Source of the DNA: Gemmatimonadota bacterium
GTDB lineage: Bacteria; Latescibacterota; UBA2968; UBA8231
Length of the DNA: 14,985 nt
Assembly (NCBI GenBank): GCA_038128265.1
Contig: JAYPJE010000045.1
Span: 19,509-34,493, forward strand
Direction of reading: 5' to 3'
In this document: positions 1-6,932 of the stretch, in pieces
Position numbering within the stretch: position 1 is the first letter of the stretch
How the letters are laid out: each line of letters begins with the position of its first letter
Made by a program: the position numbers and the translations under genes
Notes under the pieces: model-generated
Told to the model about the DNA's origin: nothing
What the model saw: only the letters and a program-made list of their open reading frames with translations
Database searches by the model: none

Positions 1-1
1 G

Positions 2-1288
2 CGCCGTGCCGCGAAAATACATCACCGCAATCAGCTCGTGGATCAGTTCGCCGGCCTCTGGACCAACAATGTGGGCACCGATCAGCTCGCCCGAGCGCGG
101 CGCGCACAGCAGCTTGACATGGCCGTGCGTCTCGCCCAAGCACATCGACTTGCCGTGGTCGTCAAAAGGATATGAGGCGACCAAATAGGGTATGTCCCTA
201 TTTAGGCAGTCCTTTTCCGACAGGCCTACGCTGGCCACCTGCGGATCGGTAAAGGTGACCTGTGCAGCGAGACGGTCGTCCGTGCGGTGAGCCGCGCGCT
301 CGGGATAGACCGCATTGTAGGCGGCCACTTCGCCCTGTTCAATGGCGATATGCACAATCTCGTGCAGGCCGTTAACATCCCCAACCGCAAAGATGTGCGG
401 CTGGCTGGTGCGCATCTCCGCATTGACGACGATGCGACCGCGCTCTGCGTGCACGCCGGCGTTGTCCAGCCCCAGCCCGTCGGTGTTGGGACGTCTTCCC
501 AGCGCCTGCAGGACAACTTCAGCCGCGACGCGCTTCTCTTCGCCGCCGTGCGAAAAGTGGGCCACCTTCAGCCCATCGACCGCTTCAAAACGGTGCAACT
601 GCGTACCCGTATAGACTCGCATACCTTCGGCGCGCAAGCGCGCTTCCAGCGGACGCGCCAGATCTTCGTCTCCGGTCGACAGCACGTGGTGGCTGCGCTG
701 AATAAGATGCACCTGGGTGCCAATGCGCTGGTAAAACTGCGCCAGTTCCAGCGCAATGGGTCCGCCGCCCAGCACCAGCATGGAGGCCGGCTGATCGCGC
801 AGCGAAAGCGCTTCGTCGCTGGTGATATAGCCGACGTCGTCGAGGCCGGGAATGGACACGTGGCGAATGCACGAACCGGTCGCTATGATAAAGCGCTCGC
901 CCTCGATCGTCTCGTCGCCGATCCGAATCCTGTTGGGCGATAGGAACTCCGCGCACTCCTCGTAGAGGGCAAAGCGCCCGTCGCGCAGTTGCCCAATGCG
1001 GTAGTCGGCAAATTCGCCAATCAGGCGATCCTTGCGCTCGATAATAGCCGCTAGGTCGGCCTGCGGAGAGACGTCGCGCAGACCAAATTCAGCGCCCCTG
1101 CGCATGTACTCCATAATGTCTGCGCTGCGCAAAATGGCCTTACTCGGCATGCAGCCGCGCAAGATGCACAGACCGCCGAGCGGTCCGCTGTCGACCACCG
1201 CGACGTCGGCACCCGCCTCATGCGCCGTGCGCGCAGCGGCATAGCCACCCGAACCACCGCCAATAACGACAATACCGTGCTTTTTCAT
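2..1288 (-). CDS. Class-I pyridine nucleotide-disulfide oxidoreductase (dihydrolipoamide dehydrogenase/mercuric reductase-like family); 3' end lies outside the window
   Basis: Manual translation from ATG at 1288 (GAGGA RBS upstream): MKKHGIVVIGGGSGGYAAA (FAD-binding GxGxxG), GGLCILRGCMPSK (redox-active CxxxxC), IIATGS, LVLGGGPIALE, TSQPHIFAVGD, VTFTDPQVASVG, LIGAHIVGPEAGELI. The frame is open to the window edge, which explains its absence from the ORF track. Confidence 0.93.
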   Translation of the reverse strand, partial: MKKHGIVVIGGGSGGYAAARTAHEAGADVAVVDSGPLGGLCILRGCMPSKAILRSADIMEYMRRGAEFGLRDVSPQADLAAIIERKDRLIGEFADYRIGQLRDGRFALYEECAEFLSPNRIRIGDETIEGERFIIATGSCIRHVSIPGLDDVGYITSDEALSLRDQPASMLVLGGGPIALELAQFYQRIGTQVHLIQRSHHVLSTGDEDLARPLEARLRAEGMRVYTGTQLHRFEAVDGLKVAHFSHGGEEKRVAAEVVLQALGRRPNTDGLGLDNAGVHAERGRIVVNAEMRTSQPHIFAVGDVNGLHEIVHIAIEQGEVAAYNAVYPERAAHRTDDRLAAQVTFTDPQVASVGLSEKDCLNRDIPYLVASYPFDDHGKSMCLGETHGHVKLLCAPRSGELIGAHIVGPEAGELIHELIAVMYFRGTA

Positions 1289-1353
1289 ACCATCCTCAAC
1301 GTGTATTTTACTCAGCGCGTGCAGGGCAAACGACCTGACGCGCACTGTACACC

Positions 1354-1686
1354 ATGCACACCCAAAGGCACCGCGTGTCACTACAAAAGAAACTGCTGAC
1401 GTTGGCCGCTTTCCTAGCGGGCAATGCCCTCTTCACTTGGCTGGGCTGTGCCTCACTGCCGGAACCCGATAGCGCGGATGCTCGTCTCTATGTGCGCTAC
1501 TGCTCCGGCTCGGGCTGCCACGACCCTATCTTGCCGCAGGCCGGCGGACGCAAGTACTGGGACCAGCAAATCGAACGCATGTTAGACCTCATGCGAAAGG
1601 CCAATAAGCCGTTGCCCAACGCCGACGAAACGAGGCGCATCGCGCGCTACCTTCACAGCCACGCGCAGGGATCAAATTCCTATTAA
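1354..1686 (+). CDS. Small putative lipoprotein, monoheme cytochrome c-like (CX4CH motif)
   Basis: KKLLTLAAFLAGNALFTWLG-C resembles a signal peptide with lipobox. LPEPDSADARLYVRYCSGSGCH, W..QIERM and a final IARYL helix follow the class I cytochrome c pattern. The start may be GTG at 1375 (AAAGG upstream). Confidence 0.7.
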   Translation: MHTQRHRVSLQKKLLTLAAFLAGNALFTWLGCASLPEPDSADARLYVRYCSGSGCHDPILPQAGGRKYWDQQIERMLDLMRKANKPLPNADETRRIARYLHSHAQGSNSY

Positions 1687-1690
1687 CTAC

Positions 1691-2851
1691 TTGACGACAT
1701 GCGCCGTTATGATCGGGCTCCTGCTGGCACCCCGCTCTACCACAGCGGAGGAAACCTATACGCTGCGCGGCCAAGACGAGCGCATTCAGCGCGGCATAGA
1801 CCTTATCTACAACTTGCATTTTGATGAGGCCGATGCCCACTTTGACCACATTATCGCCGCGGCACCGGACAACCCGCTCGGCTATTTTTTTAGCGCTATG
1901 GTCGCTTGGTGGCGCGTGCTCATCGACTTAGAAGACCGCCGCCACGACGAGGCGTTCTACGACCGACTAGCGCGCTGCATCGCAGTATGCGACCAGCGCC
2001 TGCAAAACCAACCGCTCGACTTTGACGCCATTCTCTTTAAGGGAGGCGCCATCGGGTTCCGCGGTCGGCTGCGCGGCGACCGCGAGCAATACATACAGGC
2101 GGCGCGCGACGGTTTGCGTTCGCTGCCCCTGCTTGAACAGAGCCGCCAGCTCGAACCGAGCAACAGGGATATCCTCTTCGGCCAGGGCCTCTATAACTAC
2201 TTCGCCGACGTCATGCCACAGCGCCACGCCATTATCCGGCCAGTGATGGCGTTCCTACCCGATGGCAACCGCGAACTGGGCCTGCAGCAGCTGCGGGAAG
2301 TAGCCCAACAAGGGCGCTACGCACGAACGGAAGCCGCCTATTTCCTGGCGCAGATCTACCGCCTTTTCGAAGAGGACCACAACGCCGCTCTGCCCTATCT
2401 GCAGGAGCTCTACGCGCGCTACCCGCGCAACGCACTCTTCCACCGCTACACCGCGCGCAACCTGATTGAGGTCGGACGCTGGGCCGAAGGCGTCACCCTC
2501 TACAAAGACTACGTGAAACGCAGCGCAGCCCACCAGGTGGGCTACCACGCACATGGACGCATCGAGGCGCAGTACTACCTAGGTCGTTTTGCTTTTTTTA
2601 AACGCGATTTCAACGAGGCGCAGGTGCAGCTGAGCGCCGTAGACGAACGCGTCAACGCGACATCCCGCGAACGCGACCAGGCCTATGCCGCGCTAGCCAA
2701 TCTCTATCTGGGCATGATCGCCGACCTGCGCGGAGACTCGGCTAAAGCGCAGCAGCGCTACGATCGCGTGCTCGCGCTGCCGGTCCAGGGCGACAGCCAC
2801 AAACGGGCCAAGCGCTACGCGCAAACACCCTATCGGGCGAGTCGTCCCTAA
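1691..2851 (+). CDS. Tetratricopeptide-repeat protein, probably exported
   Basis: 386 aa with a hydrophobic N-terminus and repeated TPR-like helices (AAYFLAQIY, AQYYLGRFAF, ANLYLGMIADLRGDSAKAQQRY). TTG start lies 4 nt after the upstream stop. Confidence 0.8.
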   Translation: MTTCAVMIGLLLAPRSTTAEETYTLRGQDERIQRGIDLIYNLHFDEADAHFDHIIAAAPDNPLGYFFSAMVAWWRVLIDLEDRRHDEAFYDRLARCIAVCDQRLQNQPLDFDAILFKGGAIGFRGRLRGDREQYIQAARDGLRSLPLLEQSRQLEPSNRDILFGQGLYNYFADVMPQRHAIIRPVMAFLPDGNRELGLQQLREVAQQGRYARTEAAYFLAQIYRLFEEDHNAALPYLQELYARYPRNALFHRYTARNLIEVGRWAEGVTLYKDYVKRSAAHQVGYHAHGRIEAQYYLGRFAFFKRDFNEAQVQLSAVDERVNATSRERDQAYAALANLYLGMIADLRGDSAKAQQRYDRVLALPVQGDSHKRAKRYAQTPYRASRP

Positions 2852-2853
2852 CG

Positions 2854-4689
2854 CTAGTCCTGCGCCTCTAATTTCTGCACCTCTTCATCGTATACGCGCA
2901 TCAGATCGCCGTGCGTCATATGCCCTACAAACTCCTCTACTCCACTATCCGTGCGACGCACCACGGGCAGCTTGTCATATCCGCTCTCCAGCAGCTTTTG
3001 CAGCGCTTCGTGCAGATTGTCGGTCGCTCTCAGCGGCGTTACGTCGTCGACGACCATGTCCTCGATGAGAACGAGGTTGCGCAGAAAGTCGTCTTCGGGC
3101 AGGTCCAACTCTTCTAGGCTGATCATACCGCGCAGCTGCTCTGCGTCATCGACTACGACAAAGTGGACGTGACCTTGCTTTTTGCTGAGGGCCGCCAAAG
3201 AAAAATAGGGCAAGCTGTTGTTGACCACCGCTTCAGTGGTGTTTTGCAGGCGCTCAAAAACGCTGCCTACGCGCAGCCCTTTCAGCACGTTAACCGTTAG
3301 GTCTTTGACGTGTGCCGGCGAGTGAAATTTGTTCTGGACCTGGTTTTTGTATATCGAATAGTTGCGCGCAAAAATCAGGGCGAAAGCGCACACGAGCATA
3401 AGCGGAGGCAGTAGACGATAGCCGCTGCTCATTTCGGTAACCATGATCAACGCGCCCAGCGGAGCATTGGCAACGCCGGCAAAAAACGCGGCCATACCGA
3501 CGATGACATAGGCCGATGGATGCTGCACGACTTCGGGAAAAAAGTGCTGACCCATAAGCCCGACACACCCCCCCAGCATGCCGCCAATAAAGAGCGATGG
3601 ACCAAATACACCGCCCGAGCCACCGCTCGAGATCGTGCAGCTAGTAGCGAGGATTTTCAGCAGCACGAGCAGCAACATAGCCTCTATGCCGATGCGACCG
3701 TAAATTGCTTCCTGAATCACGCCAAATCCCGCACCTAATGCGCGCACGTCGATCAGGCCGAGCAGGCCTACCAACACACCGCCTACCGCCACTACCGCAT
3801 AACGCGGCAGCGGCAACTTCCTAAACACGCGATCGCGCATGCCGTAGAAAACGTTTACGTAGAGCATGCCAACCAGCACGCACACCACGCCGAGCAATAG
3901 GTACAAAACCAGTTCGTATGCGCTGCTCAACTGGCTGTCGGGAATGCCAAAGATCGGCTCAGACCCAAACGTCATGGTGTAGATGGCGTAGGCGACGATT
4001 GAACTGATTACGCAGGGGATCAGCGCGTCGCTTTCAAAGTCTTCCCTGTAGAGGATTTCTACGCTGGTGAGCGCCCCGCCCAGCGGCGCGCGAAAGATGG
4101 CACCCAATCCACCGGCGGTCCCGGCAAGAAGCAGAATGCGGCGCTGGGCGTGCGTCAGCTTTAGCAGCGACGCCAGCCAAGATCCCAGTCCCGCTCCGAT
4201 CTGCGCAACCGGCCCCTCTTTGCCAGCCGATCCACCGCTGCTCAGCGTGATAATAGTTGATACGGCTTTTACCAGCGGCACTACGGGGCGGATAATACCC
4301 TTGGCGTTGTGGAAGGAGTCGATCATGGCATCGGTGCCATGCCCCTCGGCTTCGGGGGCAAAGCGGTAGACCAATAGACCGCTAATCAAACCGCCGATAG
4401 CGGGCAGCAGCAGCAGCAACCACAGGTGCTCATCGTAGGCCGGTGGATCCATAAAGTCAAACGTGAAATGCACTTCGCCGTCTGGGTGCACTTGGCGAAA
4501 ACCAGCCAGCTTTTCAACAAAGAGGAAATGGACAAACTCGAGCAGGTACGTGAACACAATGGCGCCTAGCCCGGATATAACGCCCACGAGAATACTGTAG
4601 ATATAAATCCGAGAGGTGTATTCCAGACCCAGCCACTTCTTAAAGAAGCCCGCGCTATCTGCCGCTGGCTTCACCTCGCGCTCAGACAT
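2854..4689 (-). CDS. CLC-family chloride channel/anion transporter with C-terminal CBS domains
   Basis: CLC signatures GHGTD (GSGIP position), GKEGP, FRAPLGG, GGSGGVFGP and SIY; many hydrophobic helices; CBS-like C-terminus (DNLHEALQKLLESGYDKLPVV). Confidence 0.95.
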   Translation of the reverse strand: MSEREVKPAADSAGFFKKWLGLEYTSRIYIYSILVGVISGLGAIVFTYLLEFVHFLFVEKLAGFRQVHPDGEVHFTFDFMDPPAYDEHLWLLLLLPAIGGLISGLLVYRFAPEAEGHGTDAMIDSFHNAKGIIRPVVPLVKAVSTIITLSSGGSAGKEGPVAQIGAGLGSWLASLLKLTHAQRRILLLAGTAGGLGAIFRAPLGGALTSVEILYREDFESDALIPCVISSIVAYAIYTMTFGSEPIFGIPDSQLSSAYELVLYLLLGVVCVLVGMLYVNVFYGMRDRVFRKLPLPRYAVVAVGGVLVGLLGLIDVRALGAGFGVIQEAIYGRIGIEAMLLLVLLKILATSCTISSGGSGGVFGPSLFIGGMLGGCVGLMGQHFFPEVVQHPSAYVIVGMAAFFAGVANAPLGALIMVTEMSSGYRLLPPLMLVCAFALIFARNYSIYKNQVQNKFHSPAHVKDLTVNVLKGLRVGSVFERLQNTTEAVVNNSLPYFSLAALSKKQGHVHFVVVDDAEQLRGMISLEELDLPEDDFLRNLVLIEDMVVDDVTPLRATDNLHEALQKLLESGYDKLPVVRRTDSGVEEFVGHMTHGDLMRVYDEEVQKLEAQD

Positions 4690-5272
4690 GGGCCGTCGGC
4701 TCCTGCACTAGCCCTTTGGCCGTCCACTGGCGCAGCGCTTCAAAAGCGACTACGGCTGCAGCGCTGGCCACGTTGAGCGAGTTCTTGTAGCCATACATGG
4801 GAATCTCCACGATGCGCTCACAGCGCTCCAACACGGCGCGCTCAACGCCGAGCGCCTCGTTGCCCAGCACCAGGGCCAGCGGCTGGGGGTATTCCACGTC
4901 GGTATAGGACACGCTGTGTGACGTAGTCTCCAGCGCCCACGCGACAATCCCTTCCGCGCTCAGGTAGTCAAGCGCGTCGAGTGCAGTCTCGAAGTGGCGC
5001 GTCGGCACGTAGTCCAGCGTGCCCAGCGCCGTCTTATCGAGCTTCTTGTGGGGGGGATGTGCCGTATACCCACAGGTCAGCACACCGGCTAGGCGTGCGG
5101 CGTCGACGCTGCGAAAGATCGCCCCCACATTAAAGGCGCTGCGCAGGTTGTCCAACACGAGATAGAGCGGATGCTTACCGAGACGAGCGTATTCCTCTAC
5201 GGAGATCGCCGCATCAAAGTTGCGCACTTCAAACGAGGTCTCTTTTCCGTAATTGCCCGGCGTCAATTTCAT
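4682..5272 (-). CDS. TrmH/SpoU-family RNA 2'-O-methyltransferase
   Basis: SPOUT motifs LDNLRSAFNVGAIFRS, VLGNEALG and IPMYGYKNSLNVA. Overlaps the upstream gene by 4 nt and the CLC gene by 8 nt. Confidence 0.93.
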   Translation of the reverse strand: MKLTPGNYGKETSFEVRNFDAAISVEEYARLGKHPLYLVLDNLRSAFNVGAIFRSVDAARLAGVLTCGYTAHPPHKKLDKTALGTLDYVPTRHFETALDALDYLSAEGIVAWALETTSHSVSYTDVEYPQPLALVLGNEALGVERAVLERCERIVEIPMYGYKNSLNVASAAAVVAFEALRQWTAKGLVQEPTAHV

Positions 5273-6309
5273 GCCAGATCGACCGCCTTACCGGTTGCTG
5301 CCGACTGCCGCGCTGCTTCGATCACCGCAAAGGCCGTGCGTGCGCTTTCGGCGGTCACCGCCAGTTTGGAGCGATCTACGAGCGCTTCAGCAATATTTTC
5401 ATAGTAGGAACGCCAGCGCCCGCGCACAGTCTCTACGACCGTTTCACCAGCCTGACCCGCCACGTCGCGATACACCCGCGCGTAGTGCTCGGGCGCCTCG
5501 CGCGCCGAATCGATATCGCCCGCGATCATCGCCCGCTCCTGCGGATCGATTCCCTCTTTTACCAACGCCCCTTGCGTGCCCAGCACGTACCAGCGCGGCT
5601 TGGCCTTTTTGGCCAGCGACGAGTTTTCCACGCGCGCTTCGACGCCGTTGGCAAAGCGAATACTCGCCATCGCATGCGCTTCAATATCGCGCTCCCAGCC
5701 CGGCGGCGAGTGAAATTGCGCATAGACGCGTTCGACCGGTGCATCGACCAACTGCAGCGCCTGATCGACCAGGTGCGCGCCCAAATCAAAGAACTTACCC
5801 CCGCCGTGTGCCGCGTCGCCGCGCCAGCCACCCGGCACACCGTACTGACCCCAAAACATTTCGATGAGAAAAGGGGCGCCGAGCAGGCCCTCTTCGATGA
5901 CTCTCTTGACCGTCAAAAAGTCGCCGTCCCAGCGGCGATTCTGGAATACGCTGAGCAGGCGATCGTGCTCTCTGCTAGCCGCGATCATTGCGTCGGCTTC
6001 CTGCAGGCTCAGGCACATCGGCTTGTCGGTGACCACGTGTTTGCCCGCCTGCATAGCGCGAATGGCGTGCGGTGCGTGCAGGTCGTTCGGGGTGGCCAAC
6101 ACCACCAAATCTACGGCCTCATCGGCTAGGATTTCTTCAAAAGTAGACACCGTCTTTACGCCAAAGCGACGCGCGGCGTCGGCGCGTGCCTCGGGGCGAC
6201 TGCTGGCCAGTGCGTAGAGCTCTAACCCATCGGCCAGATTGACTAAATAGGTGTGGAAACAGCGGCCAGCGAATCCATAGCCGACGACGGCGACTCGGGG
6301 CTTGCTCAT
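5269..6309 (-). CDS. Gfo/Idh/MocA-family oxidoreductase (YdgJ/IolW-like)
   Basis: VAVVGYGFAG Rossmann motif, GKHVVTDKP, FQNRRWDGDF, DLGAHLVDQ. AGGTG RBS precedes the ATG. Confidence 0.93.
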   Translation of the reverse strand: MSKPRVAVVGYGFAGRCFHTYLVNLADGLELYALASSRPEARADAARRFGVKTVSTFEEILADEAVDLVVLATPNDLHAPHAIRAMQAGKHVVTDKPMCLSLQEADAMIAASREHDRLLSVFQNRRWDGDFLTVKRVIEEGLLGAPFLIEMFWGQYGVPGGWRGDAAHGGGKFFDLGAHLVDQALQLVDAPVERVYAQFHSPPGWERDIEAHAMASIRFANGVEARVENSSLAKKAKPRWYVLGTQGALVKEGIDPQERAMIAGDIDSAREAPEHYARVYRDVAGQAGETVVETVRGRWRSYYENIAEALVDRSKLAVTAESARTAFAVIEAARQSAATGKAVDLA

Positions 6310-6329
6310 ACAGCACCTGCGGATATAAT
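6302..6329 (+). promoter_or_regulatory. Putative sigma70 promoter for the cyclophilin-like gene
   Basis: TTGCTC (6302-6307), 16 nt spacer, TATAAT (6324-6329). Confidence 0.45.
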
Positions 6330-6360
6330 GGGGTGTTTTGAAGTCTTTCGACGCCTGTTT

Positions 6361-6389
6361 ATATTAAGGCCCATCACCCCTTTCGGCAA
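6361..6389 (-). promoter_or_regulatory. Putative sigma70 promoter for the Gfo/Idh-TrmH-CLC operon
   Basis: On the minus strand TTGCCG (6389-6384), 17 nt spacer, TAATAT (6366-6361). Confidence 0.45.
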
Positions 6390-6415
6390 TGCACTCCACA
6401 CCATAGGAACGCGCC

Positions 6416-6787
6416 GTGCGCATTCAAATTATATGGGACGGCGGCCAGCTGGTCGCCGCACTGCGCGATACACCCACCGCTCGTTTAGTATGGGATGCTC
6501 TGCCCTATACTTCTTCGGCCAGCACCTGGGGTGAAGAAGTGTATTTTGAGCTGCCGGTGCGCGCCGAGTTAGAAGACGATGCCCGCCAGGTCGTCGATCC
6601 GGGCACCGTCTGCTTCTGGACGGGCGGCAACGCGCTGGCCTTGCCCTACGGTCCCACGCCCATGTCGCAAGGCGACGAGTGTCGCCTGGTGACCGAGGTC
6701 AATATCCTCGGCCAGATAGAAGGCGATCCCCGCCTGCTGTCCAGCGTGCGCGACGGCGTAGCCATCTCCGTTGAGCCGCTGCCCTAG
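6416..6787 (+). CDS. Cyclophilin-like fold protein (DUF369/TM1367-like)
   Basis: 123 aa with TPTARLVWDALP, STWGEEVYF, GTVCFW..GNALALPYGPTP and VNILGQI, which are typical of this family. AGGA precedes the GTG start. Confidence 0.88.
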   Translation: MRIQIIWDGGQLVAALRDTPTARLVWDALPYTSSASTWGEEVYFELPVRAELEDDARQVVDPGTVCFWTGGNALALPYGPTPMSQGDECRLVTEVNILGQIEGDPRLLSSVRDGVAISVEPLP

Positions 6788-6932
6788 CGGTCCGCACGTT
6801 CCCCCTAACCTGCAAGCACCTGCGAGGGAATGGAATCCCAGTATCCGCTAGCAATCCACAGAACGACACACGGCGCTGCGCGTCCAGCGCATATAACGCG
6901 GGAACGACCGAACGGCACAGAGCATCCTACAG

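Noticed and set aside
287..943. 218-aa plus-strand ORF and other short ORFs in 1-1290
   Set aside because: They are antisense or off-frame shadows of the minus-strand oxidoreductase, which has clear family motifs.
2..1288. Assigning merA or lpdA
   Set aside because: The diagnostic C-terminus is outside the window and the visible motifs are mixed.
4404..4417. CAG trinucleotide run
   Set aside because: It encodes a poly-Leu transmembrane stretch of the CLC protein.
5253..6217. Plus-strand ORFs of 204, 214 and 117 aa
   Set aside because: They lie antisense to the Gfo/Idh/MocA gene, are Arg/Pro-rich or motif-free, and are expected in high-GC DNA.
6312..6824. 10-bp direct repeat AGCACCTGCG (6312-6321 and 6815-6824) flanking the cyclophilin-like gene, as a possible insertion scar
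   Set aside because: The first copy is explained as the minus-strand RBS of the oxidoreductase, there is no transposase or terminal inverted repeat, and chance is plausible.
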